Shown here piece by piece: positions 1-9,334 of a stretch of 64,000 nt of DNA (positions are counted from its first letter, which is position 1; every line of letters starts with the position of its first letter). The stretch lies in IMG/VR virus record IMGVR_UViG_3300017722_005389, one strand, 5' to 3'. Source of the stretch: a virus. Taxonomy: Duplodnaviria; Caudoviricetes. Under the pieces are notes generated by a model that saw nothing but the letters and a program-made list of their open reading frames with translations, did no database searches and was not told the DNA's origin. The position numbers and the translations under genes are program-made.

Positions 1-25
1 TTTTAACTTTTTAAATTTTTAACTT

Positions 26-280
26 ATGAAAACGTATAGCTTAAAGTTTTCTGTCACAGAAACACACACTCTTGAACTTAAAAAAAAACCTACAAAAAAA
101 CAACTCGATACACTTAGAAAGATGAGTACTGGAGAAATGTTAGCAGATAGTGTACGTGCTGAATTATCTGATCTGATATATTTAGAACTTGAGCATAGTG
201 TAGAAGATGTTACCCCTGAAAAATATCATTGGTTTGAACTTTGTGAAGGTGATGAAAAAACTTTAACTTATAAAGGATAA
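26..280 (+). CDS. hypothetical protein
   Basis: 84-aa ORF with A/T-rich leader; no motif recognised. Confidence 0.6.
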   Translation: MKTYSLKFSVTETHTLELKKKPTKKQLDTLRKMSTGEMLADSVRAELSDLIYLELEHSVEDVTPEKYHWFELCEGDEKTLTYKG

Positions 281-286
281 AACAAA

Positions 287-385
287 AGTCCTGTGGCGGA
301 ATTGGTAGACGCACCGAAAGGTAGGAACGGTATGGAACCCGATTAAATAATCCTAATTACAGGTTCAAATCCTGTCAGGACCACA
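287..385 (+). tRNA. atypical tRNA-like element (Leu/Ser-type D arm, non-canonical anticodon region)
   Basis: Acceptor AGTCCTG/CAGGACC, D arm GCG-GAATTGGTAGA-CGC, T arm ACAGG-TTCAAAT-CCTGT; the ~46-nt centre has no 7-nt anticodon loop; 3' end ACAA, no encoded CCA. Confidence 0.7.
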
Positions 386-396
386 AATTAATAAAT

Positions 397-594
397 ATGA
401 AAAATAAGATATTAACATTAATTTTCTTTTCATTAGGAGTTTTATGTTTTTATATTTTTGCATGTCAAATTGAATATGATAATTATTTCATTACAAGTTT
501 ATGGCTGCATATTTCTCAATTTTTCTTTTTTGGAGCCATATATTATTTTCATTTAACCTTTAAAGAAAATAAAAATCATGATAAAGAAAAATAA
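397..594 (+). CDS. small membrane protein
   Basis: 65 aa, two hydrophobic segments. Confidence 0.6.
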   Translation: MKNKILTLIFFSLGVLCFYIFACQIEYDNYFITSLWLHISQFFFFGAIYYFHLTFKENKNHDKEK

Positions 595-638
595 TTTTAT
601 TTCTTCAGAAAATTATTTTAAAATTTCTTTTGAAAAAA

Positions 639-670
639 TTTGGAATTCTGAAGAAGGTTTACTACTTTTG
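639..670 (+). promoter_or_regulatory. Bacteroidota-type sigma70 promoter
   Basis: TTTG (639-642), 20-nt spacer, TACTTTTG (663-670) upstream of ORF 706. Confidence 0.6.
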
Positions 671-705
671 TTACTACAAATTTGAATCATTAAAATTATA
701 GCATT

Positions 706-900
706 ATGGAAGAGTTAATTAAAATCAAATCTGAAAACGGTATACAACTGACAGATCGAGAATTGGCTGTCAGATGGTGGGGGAGACGTTCTGAAGAAGA
801 AAAGAAAGTTCTTTTAGAAACATATTTACCTTCTTATGAAATAAGCAGTGTAACCTATGAAACTATGTATTGGATCTGGTTGAAGCAACAAAAATTATAA
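706..900 (+). CDS. hypothetical protein
   Basis: 64-aa ORF downstream of a promoter. Confidence 0.6.
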   Translation: MEELIKIKSENGIQLTDRELAVRWWGRRSEEEKKVLLETYLPSYEISSVTYETMYWIWLKQQKL

Positions 901-944
901 TTTTTCAAACGAACTATATTATTTAATTTTTAAAAACAACAATT

Positions 945-1826
945 ATGGAAACCACAAATCTCGGTAATCAATTTGATACACTTCTTGGTGATATCAGCAA
1001 AGAAACACGTTCAGACATGATCCAGATCGACATCAGAAACATTGATGTCAACTGGGAAGAAAATGTTCGTCAGATTTATAACAACATTGAAGCATTATCA
1101 GAATCCATCAAGGAGCATGGATTGAAAGAGCCTCTGAAGTTGTCTCGCATCAAAGGGACCGACAGGTATCTTTTGGTGGATGGTCACAGAAGATACAAAG
1201 CAATCATGTTTCTTTTGGAGCAGGGGGTTCCAGTTTCCAGGGTGAAAGCTATTCTTGTGAACAATTCCCCAGAAGTTCGTCTTTCAGAGATGATCATCAC
1301 AGGAGTTCAAAAGCAACCTTTGCATCCTGTAGAACAAGCTGAAGCTTTCTTAAGACTGCAGAAATATGGATGGGATGTTAAGAAGATTGCATCTATGCTT
1401 TCTGAAGATGGCAAAAACAGGACGAACCTTGTATACCGCTACTTGAAACTTGCCAATGCTCCTGAAGCGATCAAACAGAGATGTTTGAAGGGTGAGATTT
1501 CCCACGACACTGTTATCAAAATTATTGAGGATACTGGAGCCGATTATGAAAAGGTTGTGGAGACAGTTGAAGATGCTGTTGCTGCCAACACCATTGTCAC
1601 AGAGACTGGTGAGAAGGTCGTGAAGAAAGTTAAAACTCGTCAAGTGGAAGCTATTGTAAAACCAAAGAAAGCTGGTTTTATGGAGAAGCTCCGTTTGGCT
1701 TCTGATGAATTCTTCAACGAAGGAGAAGAAAACGACATCCTGGAGGAATTCATCAAGCTGGATAACACTGAAGCTTCTACAGAAGATATCAAAGCGTTCT
1801 TTAGAAATATTACTAGGAAATCCTAA
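945..1826 (+). CDS. parB: ParB/RepB/Spo0J family protein
   Basis: N.R...IEALSESIKEHGLKEPL and LVDGHRRYKA motifs followed by an HTH-like region. Confidence 0.85.
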   Translation: METTNLGNQFDTLLGDISKETRSDMIQIDIRNIDVNWEENVRQIYNNIEALSESIKEHGLKEPLKLSRIKGTDRYLLVDGHRRYKAIMFLLEQGVPVSRVKAILVNNSPEVRLSEMIITGVQKQPLHPVEQAEAFLRLQKYGWDVKKIASMLSEDGKNRTNLVYRYLKLANAPEAIKQRCLKGEISHDTVIKIIEDTGADYEKVVETVEDAVAANTIVTETGEKVVKKVKTRQVEAIVKPKKAGFMEKLRLASDEFFNEGEENDILEEFIKLDNTEASTEDIKAFFRNITRKS

Positions 1827-1838
1827 TTGTTGTTACCT

Positions 1839-1864
1839 GAACCCTCTTAGGAGGGTTCTTTTTA
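1839..1864 (+). terminator. intrinsic terminator
   Basis: GAACCCTC-TTAG-GAGGGTTC then T run. Confidence 0.8.
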
Positions 1865-1876
1865 AATTGTATTTCT

Positions 1877-2071
1877 ATGGAACGCAAAATAAAATACTTT
1901 GGAATACTTGTAGTATTTCTATTGATACTTCAAATGCCAATTTTTTATAAAATTTCTAAGCTCCAATTAGGCTTCTGGATCGATTTGATAAGCTATCTAT
2001 CATTAGCTTGTCATATGGCGATTTTTGCTATGGTTGCTATCGAGATAATAAAAAAAGAATTGGAACTTTAA
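1877..2071 (+). CDS. small membrane protein
   Basis: 64 aa, two hydrophobic segments. Confidence 0.55.
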   Translation: MERKIKYFGILVVFLLILQMPIFYKISKLQLGFWIDLISYLSLACHMAIFAMVAIEIIKKELEL

Positions 2072-2143
2072 AAAATAATTTAAAACAAATCCTTTTATTT
2101 TCATTTGAAAGTATATATATTTGTGGAATAAAATTTTTATAAT

Positions 2144-2386
2144 ATGAACCCTCCAAAGAAAAATTTACCAGATTCTTTAAAAAAATATTCCGAAGATTAT
2201 TCTGAAGATGATCTGGATATATTCCTTCTATCTTTTATAGATGAGGATTATGAATTCAAAACCAGTAATGCCAATGATCCTGATATCTGGGATGGATTCA
2301 GTTACCCCGAAGAAGAATACTTTCTTCCTATGGAACCTTCAAACATTCAAGATAGCACAATACAGGTCAACCAAAGACCACTTTAA
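2144..2386 (+). CDS. acidic hypothetical protein
   Basis: 80 aa, D/E-rich. Confidence 0.55.
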   Translation: MNPPKKNLPDSLKKYSEDYSEDDLDIFLLSFIDEDYEFKTSNANDPDIWDGFSYPEEEYFLPMEPSNIQDSTIQVNQRPL

Positions 2387-2412
2387 ACCACATTTATTTT
2401 TAATACTTTCAA

Positions 2413-2571
2413 ATGAAAATTGCAATTTTTATTTTAGCACTCGGTATTTTCTTGGGAAGCTGCACAACTTGCAAAGAAAAATGCTGTACCGAAAAGGAAA
2501 AGCAGGACTCTACCAAAGTTGCTGTAGATACAGTTGTCGTTGACACTGTTTCCAAAGACTCAGCTAAGTAA
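2413..2571 (+). CDS. small lipoprotein (52 aa, not in ORF track)
   Basis: MKIAIFILALGIFLGSC lipobox; mature part TTCKEKCCTEKEKQDSTKVAVDTVVVDTVSKDSAK. Confidence 0.7.
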   Translation: MKIAIFILALGIFLGSCTTCKEKCCTEKEKQDSTKVAVDTVVVDTVSKDSAK

Positions 2572-2592
2572 TTTTAAGTTAAGCTTAACTCT

Positions 2593-2625
2593 GGCTTCTG
2601 AAGAAATTTCAGAAGCCTTTTTTTA
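2593..2625 (+). terminator. intrinsic terminator
   Basis: GGCTTCTGAA-GAAAT-TTCAGAAGCC then T run. Confidence 0.8.
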
Positions 2626-2969
2626 TTCTAAATTAATTTCCAACTTAATTAATTTTATTTGGCTTTCTTAAGAAACCACAAAACTTTCTTTGGGGTATTT
2701 CCCCTACAGTATATATTAAAAGTGTATGTGTTCTATATTATTCAATATAATATTCTTCTTTAGTTAATACTTTTGAGATTCTTTATATCTATATTATGAA
2801 ACTCAAAAGTATTGATCTAAACAGTCTAAAACGAAGTAGTGATGGGGCTTTCAGCCTATTCTATGCTTTTTATATTAATTTTTAGCATTTTTTACAAAAA
2901 AAACAGGTGGACAACTTATGTTATTCACCTGTTTGCGGTCGAGCCATTTATTTTAGATTTAAGACACTT

Positions 2970-3608
2970 TTATTTCTTAGGCTTGGTCTTAGTCCCACTT
3001 GGCTTAGTTTTTTCCTCCTGTCCAGCTTCAGGTTCATTCTGAAGGGATGTAGATTTGTCCAAGTAATTAAAAATTTGTTTTCTTTTGGATTTGATAAAGC
3101 TTGTGAGGATGGAATCAGATTTTCCATTGATGGCTGAGAAGTTCTCAAGGATTGATATGATGTATTCGGTCATAATATAGATGACCAGGATATTGTGTAG
3201 GGTATAGAAGAAGTACTCAGTAATTTCCGAAAGAACATCTGGGTTGTCAACATAAGAAAGATAGAAGCTGTTGGTAACGAGTAATAGTCCAAGCCAAACA
3301 AAAATTTTAAGTCCGAATCTACTAAACTTTCTGCTGACGATTGGAATTCCTTTTACTACACTGGCACAAAGTCCTGTTATTAGTTCTAGGATTGCTGCAA
3401 AAATAAATCCAACGATAGCCATTGAAGATAGTCCAAGCCAAATTTCCAACGTAGCAAAGATGGAAAAGCTAAGGATCGAGAATGGGAGTGTGAATAGAAG
3501 TAACTTTGGGTGGACAAGAGAGTTAAAGAAGTCCGAAAGGTTTGCAAAGCCAAATTGGTGGACAAACAGATCGAGCTGGGATTCAATAATGGAGATGAGT
3601 GGTTTCAT
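2970..3608 (-). CDS. phage holin family (Phage_holin_4_1-like) membrane protein
   Basis: Several TM segments; ELITGL..S...I.SRKF.R..K and EYIISILENF motifs; start moved to MKPLIS, behind a TATTTATA motif. Confidence 0.65.
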   Translation of the reverse strand: MKPLISIIESQLDLFVHQFGFANLSDFFNSLVHPKLLLFTLPFSILSFSIFATLEIWLGLSSMAIVGFIFAAILELITGLCASVVKGIPIVSRKFSRFGLKIFVWLGLLLVTNSFYLSYVDNPDVLSEITEYFFYTLHNILVIYIMTEYIISILENFSAINGKSDSILTSFIKSKRKQIFNYLDKSTSLQNEPEAGQEEKTKPSGTKTKPKK

Positions 3609-3727
3609 ATTTTTTATAAATAAATATTCAATAAATATGATAGCAGTCAAGAATTTATGGGCTGTCCAAAAGAAAAAAAGGGTAATATCCTGAAGACATT
3701 ACCCTTGGTTAGTTTAAGGTGGACAAC

Positions 3728-4198
3728 TTAGAATAGATCTGCGTTTGAATATAAAAGTTCCGAGTCTTCTTTAGAAGGTTCAACAATTACAAAAGTGTCC
3801 AAGATTTTTTCAGAGATTTTTTTGATGAATGCTTCGACTGTTGTGAAGTAGATCTTTGATCCATTATGATTAGAGCATTCAATATGGATTCCATTATCTT
3901 TGTACAGTATTACGAATGAGCTTATCTCCCTGTCCAAGTAAAGAGGTTCTCCTCCATTAGTCCCTTGAACTTTGTGGAACAAGTTATTTTTTAAATCTTC
4001 TGGCGTGTCCAGAAATACATTCAAGGGGGTACCTTTAGGATTTCTGTAGCCTTGTTGATGTACATAGTATAAGAAATCAATAACTTCACAATACGATTGA
4101 TAGATCACTTCCTTCTTATAATTTTCCAAAGAAAGTTTATAATTTCTTTCGATGGTTTTTTGTTCCTTAAGAGTGTCAAAATAATTTTGATAATTCAT
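3728..4198 (-). CDS. hypothetical protein
   Basis: 156-aa ORF with A-rich leader. Confidence 0.7.
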   Translation of the reverse strand: MNYQNYFDTLKEQKTIERNYKLSLENYKKEVIYQSYCEVIDFLYYVHQQGYRNPKGTPLNVFLDTPEDLKNNLFHKVQGTNGGEPLYLDREISSFVILYKDNGIHIECSNHNGSKIYFTTVEAFIKKISEKILDTFVIVEPSKEDSELLYSNADLF

Positions 4199-4216
4199 GT
4201 TGATTAAGTTTTAAGA

Positions 4217-4459
4217 TTAATGTTTACATCCTGCAGCGGACATAATCATAAATAATGTTACAAAAAGTATTAATTGGAACCATCTGACTCTTCTTGCGAA
4301 TATAGTTTCAAGTCCATAGCAGATTGAAAATCCGAAGCAGAATAAGGCTACTATTTCTCTAAATATAGGTTGGTCGCTGACTGCATCATAAATATCGAAA
4401 GCCCATACAAAGCTGATTGCCCACCAAAAGATTGCTGTTATAACTTTGAAAACGAACAT
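4217..4459 (-). CDS. membrane protein
   Basis: 80 aa, three hydrophobic segments; promoter cassette upstream. Confidence 0.65.
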   Translation of the reverse strand: MFVFKVITAIFWWAISFVWAFDIYDAVSDQPIFREIVALFCFGFSICYGLETIFARRVRWFQLILFVTLFMIMSAAGCKH

Positions 4460-4551
4460 AGCTTTAAATTTTAATAGTGAAATGATAGTAAAAATACAAA
4501 AGAAATTTCAAACTTCCAAAGAAATTCAAAATTTCTTTTGGAAGTCCAATG

Positions 4552-4812
4552 TTAAAGATGAACAAAATTCTTGCAGTAGACGAAAAAAACCAAGTTTTTT
4601 ATGCAGACTGAATCTGCTCTGTTGAGAGCTTGTTCAAGGTTATTATCGATAACTGCTTGAACAAAGCTTCCACCTAACAGAACTTTATCTCTTGTCATCA
4701 TAATGGTTGCAGCAATATGGCAAACATGGTATTCATCTTCTCCAATTGGCGCAGGTATGCCATTATAAAATTGTCCGAAAGCTTTTTCAGCTAATATATA
4801 ATATTTTTCCAT
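4552..4812 (-). CDS. hypothetical protein
   Basis: ORF, start at MEKYYIL. Confidence 0.65.
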   Translation of the reverse strand: MEKYYILAEKAFGQFYNGIPAPIGEDEYHVCHIAATIMMTRDKVLLGGSFVQAVIDNNLEQALNRADSVCIKNLVFFVYCKNFVHL

Positions 4813-4847
4813 AATAAAGTTATTTTTGTACAATAAATCGATCAACT

Positions 4848-5039
4848 TTAGAAATTAGTTTTGAATTTATCATTCAACTGGTCGAAAAGGTCGTTGATTT
4901 TATCAACTTCTTTTTGGTAGTAATCTTTCAACTCTTGGTGTTCAGCTTTGTCCATCTCATAGATATAAGTGTTCCTTAGAGTCAAAGTATTTGCCGTTAG
5001 GAGAACGAATTGTTCTTCTGTTAATTTGAAATTTTTCAT
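4848..5039 (-). CDS. hypothetical protein
   Basis: 63 aa; carries the conserved ACTATTAAAA leader. Confidence 0.6.
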   Translation of the reverse strand: MKNFKLTEEQFVLLTANTLTLRNTYIYEMDKAEHQELKDYYQKEVDKINDLFDQLNDKFKTNF

Positions 5040-5063
5040 AGTCTTTAAAGTTTTAATAGTAAT

Positions 5064-5567
5064 TTAAATATTGTTCTTAGATTCCAACCATTTTGAATAT
5101 TCAAAATCTATGATGTCTTGCTTAACCTCATACACATTGTCATTGTAACGGTACAAATCATCTTCTTCTGACCAATAAATCAAGTCCAAAAATTCTTGTT
5201 CCACATAAGTTACGTTATATGTCCCATCGGCATAAACCTTTGCTGTTCCGTATACCTCACAGCTATCTTCATCAAACTCGGTTTCGGCATCCAAACCATA
5301 TTCTCTACAGAGTATAGCCAAATCTTCAAGATTAGGTGTCCACTTAGTCATATACCTTATTGAAAATTCTGTCCCATCAGCTATTTCATTTGGTTCATCT
5401 TTAACGATAAAACAGAAGTAACCATTTTTTATATTCTCGCTGTGTATGGCTTGACCTTCATTGTATCTTTCTTCTGTGTAAGCAGCTTTGTTAATAGCAT
5501 TGGTCAAAGCTTCGATTTTGTCCGAACTTCCTTTGAAAGAAGTAAAGTTGTTGCACCAATTCGGCAT
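5064..5567 (-). CDS. YubB/DUF1281-like ferredoxin-like protein
   Basis: MPNWCNN start and Y.TKW.P motif. Confidence 0.65.
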   Translation of the reverse strand: MPNWCNNFTSFKGSSDKIEALTNAINKAAYTEERYNEGQAIHSENIKNGYFCFIVKDEPNEIADGTEFSIRYMTKWTPNLEDLAILCREYGLDAETEFDEDSCEVYGTAKVYADGTYNVTYVEQEFLDLIYWSEEDDLYRYNDNVYEVKQDIIDFEYSKWLESKNNI

Positions 5568-5634
5568 AAGTTTAAAGTTTTAATAGTGATTTAAAAATAA
5601 GAGCGTAAGCGATTAAAATTGTCCAACAAAAATA

Positions 5635-5679
5635 CAAAAGAAATCTTGAACTTCCAAATGAAATCCAAGATTTCTTTTG
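5635..5679 (-). promoter_or_regulatory. 45-bp hairpin/promoter cassette boundary element
   Basis: CAAAAGAAATCTTG-N17-CAAGATTTCTTTTG next to a TATTTTTG -7 box. Confidence 0.75.
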
Positions 5680-5711
5680 TGTAAACCCAAAATTTTTATT
5701 TTGAAATAATT

Positions 5712-6260
5712 TTATTTGTTTCTTTCGATTTCGGCATCGTACAGAACTTGCCATCTCAAAGGAATGTTTTTAATACAGACAAATTCCTCATCCTCCTCAA
5801 GTTGCATCTTATTATTCATTAACTCAATCAGCGAGGTGTAATGATAGACAATGTCCAAACTCTCCTTCGGACAATTATTCTTTGTGTCCCAAGCGACAAA
5901 ATCTTCTCTGAGGATGTTTGGCAGTTCTATTGGGGGAAACATATTATGCCAATTCTCTTTTACACAATAATCGCTGTCCATATCAAGCAAATGTTCAATG
6001 TCATTAGTTGCATAATGCATTCTATTATATTCATCCATGTTCAAGTGAATCGAAATTCCCGAAAGTGTTTCGGCAGAACTATTGTGAATGATAGCGTGTA
6101 ATTCACTCAACACTTTCTTTGCACAATCCATTCGGTTTTGGATTTCAAGCAATTTGATTTCAAGAAGCACCATCTGTGCTAATACTTCTTTAGAGTGTAC
6201 ATCTTTGTTTGCATTTGGATTGGCAATCAACTCTCTGAGTTCTTTAAATTCTTTTAGCAT
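5712..6260 (-). CDS. hypothetical protein
   Basis: 182-aa ORF in a cassette. Confidence 0.7.
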   Translation of the reverse strand: MLKEFKELRELIANPNANKDVHSKEVLAQMVLLEIKLLEIQNRMDCAKKVLSELHAIIHNSSAETLSGISIHLNMDEYNRMHYATNDIEHLLDMDSDYCVKENWHNMFPPIELPNILREDFVAWDTKNNCPKESLDIVYHYTSLIELMNNKMQLEEDEEFVCIKNIPLRWQVLYDAEIERNK

Positions 6261-6305
6261 AATCTTTAAGTTTTAATAGTGAATAAGTGATTTAAAATTG
6301 TCCAA

Positions 6306-6358
6306 CAAAAATACAAAAGAAAGTTGACATTTCCAAGAGAAGCATCAACTTTCTTTTG
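6306..6358 (-). promoter_or_regulatory. 45-bp hairpin/promoter cassette boundary element
   Basis: Perfect 14-bp IR CAAAAGAAAGTTGA/TCAACTTTCTTTTG (6314-6358); -33 TTG in the loop, -7 TATTTTTG at 6306-6313. Confidence 0.8.
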
Positions 6359-6366
6359 AAATAATA

Positions 6367-6606
6367 TTATTTTTTTTCTGTTCCGTATTCTTCAATATAA
6401 TACGCCACATCATTCCAAGTTATGCCATAACTTGCATCATGATGCTTAATCATATCCTCCAAAGCCTCTTGCGCTGCTTCTTTGTCTATGGTGTATGCCG
6501 AATCGTTATATTCTATAAAATCCTGCACAGACCACTTGATGGATTCTTTTTTGTACTGCTGAAATTCAGCCAGTAATTGCTCATACATTTCTTTGTAATT
6601 TTCCAT
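6367..6606 (-). CDS. hypothetical protein
   Basis: 79 aa, acidic. Confidence 0.65.
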   Translation of the reverse strand: MENYKEMYEQLLAEFQQYKKESIKWSVQDFIEYNDSAYTIDKEAAQEALEDMIKHHDASYGITWNDVAYYIEEYGTEKK

Positions 6607-6618
6607 AGCTGTTATAGT

Positions 6619-6825
6619 TTAATAAATGTTTAATAATTCTTTTTCTACTGCATTGTAAAAGTTGATTTGGTTTACATTGTGCTTGTCTCCGTTAAACTTT
6701 TTTAGGTCTATCAAATACTTTCTTATCTGTCTTAAAAATTTCTCATTAGATTTGAAAGCATGCTTCTCTACCTCTATGAATTCTAAGACTCTTTTTTTAG
6801 TCGCATAATAAGTTACCTTTCTCAT
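6619..6825 (-). CDS. hypothetical protein
   Basis: 68 aa, basic. Confidence 0.6.
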   Translation of the reverse strand: MRKVTYYATKKRVLEFIEVEKHAFKSNEKFLRQIRKYLIDLKKFNGDKHNVNQINFYNAVEKELLNIY

Positions 6826-6846
6826 AGCTGTTATAATTTAAAGTGA

Positions 6847-7059
6847 TTAAAACCAATCCAACTCAAGTAGTGAGATTTTACCCTCTAATATGCCTTGCAT
6901 TGTCTCTTTGCTAACAATCGCATTTACCCAACCACCGCAGGTTTCTGTGATGTCAAATTTGTCCTCAGACATTCTGTAAACATCACGAGTAATCAACCCG
7001 AATTTCCAATCAATAGAATGTCCAATTGGCAAGTTCATAATTTTTTCCATAGCTGTCAT
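6847..7059 (-). CDS. hypothetical protein
   Basis: 70 aa with cassette leader. Confidence 0.65.
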   Translation of the reverse strand: MTAMEKIMNLPIGHSIDWKFGLITRDVYRMSEDKFDITETCGGWVNAIVSKETMQGILEGKISLLELDWF

Positions 7060-7128
7060 AATAGTATAAATTTTAATTGTGAATTAATTGTAGTACAAAA
7101 ATAGAAAATACTTTTCACATTTCATAAT

Positions 7129-7434
7129 TTATTTTGAAATTTCTTTTGTAATAATTACTTTTTCAATAAATTTCCCATGTACGAAAATATCCCCCAATCC
7201 AACTTCATCTGTTGACAATACGGTTGCCAAGCAATATTCTAAGATTTCTTGTCTGTGTTCTCTTGCAATATCATCCTGCTCACCTTTCAAGCGATAAACA
7301 AACTCTCTTGGTTCATCTGCATCATTTTCAAATGCGTGAATCAGTTTTGTGTTGACATCATAAAAGATATCAAAGGTGTTGTCATTGGTAGTGTTGTCAG
7401 CCAATTCAATTTGCTCTAAAAATAATTCTAACAT
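7129..7434 (-). CDS. hypothetical protein
   Basis: 101 aa with cassette leader. Confidence 0.65.
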   Translation of the reverse strand: MLELFLEQIELADNTTNDNTFDIFYDVNTKLIHAFENDADEPREFVYRLKGEQDDIAREHRQEILEYCLATVLSTDEVGLGDIFVHGKFIEKVIITKEISK

Positions 7435-7530
7435 AGCTGTAAGTGTTTAAATAGTGAATTAAAGATAGTGTAAAATTACAAAAGAAATCTCGAACTTCCA
7501 AATGAAATCCGAAATTTCTTTTGAAATAAA

Positions 7531-7983
7531 TTAAAATACTTTTGAGTAATCTTCTTTGTTAAAGAGTTTTATAATATCTCTCAATACATCTGTATAATTC
7601 TCAAGAGGAATGTTTATACTAAATTCAACGTAACCATGCCCAGTACCATCCCCTAAAAAGTTTTTATCTGCTTTTGAGGTTTCTTTATACTTTTCATATA
7701 ACTCTCCTAAGCTAATAAATTGAGTGCTTTCTCTATAACCTAATACTTTCATTTTAAACTTAACAGAATCCTTTGTAGCGTAAAATGAAGGCACTTCATA
7801 TCTTTGACCTATTTTGCCTAAATGAATAGTGCAATAGGAATTGTAGTCGTGTACTTCAACATTTATTCTAAATACATTTGAGAGGTCATTTGCTAATGTT
7901 TTTGCAAATGCTTTGTTTCTTTTAACGTTATCAATTTCGGTTCTTTCAGAATCCAACATTGCTTGAAGAAATAAGTTTTCCAT
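7531..7983 (-). CDS. hypothetical protein, paralog of 8104-8562
   Basis: Shared MENLFLQAM start and motifs throughout. Confidence 0.8.
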   Translation of the reverse strand: MENLFLQAMLDSERTEIDNVKRNKAFAKTLANDLSNVFRINVEVHDYNSYCTIHLGKIGQRYEVPSFYATKDSVKFKMKVLGYRESTQFISLGELYEKYKETSKADKNFLGDGTGHGYVEFSINIPLENYTDVLRDIIKLFNKEDYSKVF

Positions 7984-8103
7984 AATAGTATAAATTTTAA
8001 TAGTGAATTAAAGATAGTGTAAAATTACAAAAGAAATCTTGAACTTCCAAATAAAATTCAAGATTTCTTTTGTGTAAACCCAAAATTTTTATTTTGAAAT
8101 AAT

Positions 8104-8562
8104 TTAAAATACTTTGGCGTATCTATTTAATTTAAACAATGATAGAATATCCTTTAGAACATCATCATAATTCTGAAGGGGAATTTGTATTCTAAACGTA
8201 ACGTTACCATGCCCACTTTTCTCATTTAAGAAATTATTATCTGCTGTAGCTGAATCTTTATATTTCTCATATAAATCTCCTAACAGCCTTCCAAAAAGTT
8301 GCGACTCACCTCTATACCCCAATACATTCATATTGAATATGACACCATCTTTTTTAGCAATAAAGTATGGGCAATTAAATCTTTGACTCATTGTTCCAAC
8401 ATAAATTTGTGAAGAATCAATAGAATCACTGATTTGCAAATTTATTTGAAATACTTTCGAAAGGTCATTTGCTAATTTTCTTGCGAAATCTTTGTTTGCT
8501 TTAATGTTATCAATTTCAGTTCTTTCAGAAATTGGCATTGCTTGAAGAAATAAGTTTTCCAT
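8104..8562 (-). CDS. hypothetical protein, paralog of 7531-7983
   Basis: Tandem duplicate including the upstream element. Confidence 0.8.
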   Translation of the reverse strand: MENLFLQAMPISERTEIDNIKANKDFARKLANDLSKVFQINLQISDSIDSSQIYVGTMSQRFNCPYFIAKKDGVIFNMNVLGYRGESQLFGRLLGDLYEKYKDSATADNNFLNEKSGHGNVTFRIQIPLQNYDDVLKDILSLFKLNRYAKVF

Positions 8563-8689
8563 AATAGTATAAATTTTAATAGTGAAATAAATAGAATGTA
8601 AAATTACAAAAGAAACTCCAAACTTCCAAATAAAATTCAGAGTTTCTTTTGTGTAAACCCAAAATTTTTATTTTGAAATAATTTAAAAG

Positions 8690-8902
8690 TTACATTTCAC
8701 GAACCCATTCATCAGCATCATCATTTGAGATTCCGAATTTTCTACAGAGAATATCCACAATTATATCTTGTGTAATAAACTCTTCTTCGTCATCAGTATC
8801 CATACAATTTCTTACAATGCCTTCTTCTACAAGAGAGTCAACAATTTCAATAGCCAAATCTCTAACGTAATCCAAATCTTTCGGGAAGTTAATCGTTTCC
8901 AT
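8690..8902 (-). CDS. acidic hypothetical protein
   Basis: Start at METINF after the cassette leader. Confidence 0.65.
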   Translation of the reverse strand: METINFPKDLDYVRDLAIEIVDSLVEEGIVRNCMDTDDEEEFITQDIIVDILCRKFGISNDDADEWVREM

Positions 8903-8999
8903 AATCTTAATGTTTAAATAGTGAAATAATTTAATTGTAGTACAAAAATAGAAAATACTTTTCACATTTCATAATTTCTTTTGAAATAATTTTATTACA

Positions 9000-9233
9000 T
9001 TAACGAATTCCTTTATTCCATCGACCTCGGAATAATCTGCCATTTTCTTTATCATTATTATTATAAGCATAAAACAAATCACCATAATGTGATGTAGATA
9101 ATAAATCTACATTATCATAAACGGATAAATCCACCTCTTTTTCAGGGTAATACCAATCGGTATTATTTTTTAACCAACCCCAACATTCGATAGTTATTTT
9201 ACCATTTTCCATAAAATCAGAAAAACTTTGCAT
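9000..9233 (-). CDS. hypothetical protein
   Basis: 77 aa in a cassette. Confidence 0.65.
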   Translation of the reverse strand: MQSFSDFMENGKITIECWGWLKNNTDWYYPEKEVDLSVYDNVDLLSTSHYGDLFYAYNNNDKENGRLFRGRWNKGIR

Positions 9234-9334
9234 AAAATAAATTTTAATAAGTGAATTAAATATTTGACCCTACAAAGATATGCAAAGCAATTCACATTTC
9301 CAAATGAAATCCAAGATTTCTTTTGAAATAATTT

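Noticed and set aside
287-385. tRNA-like element as cognate substrate of the mini-AlaRS
   Set aside because: Position 3:70 is U:A, not the G3:U70 alanine identity pair
1350-3693. Overlapping ORFs opposite or within parB and the holin (1350, 1705, 2241, 2839, 2907, 2948, 3271, 3386)
   Set aside because: Shadow frames of better-supported genes
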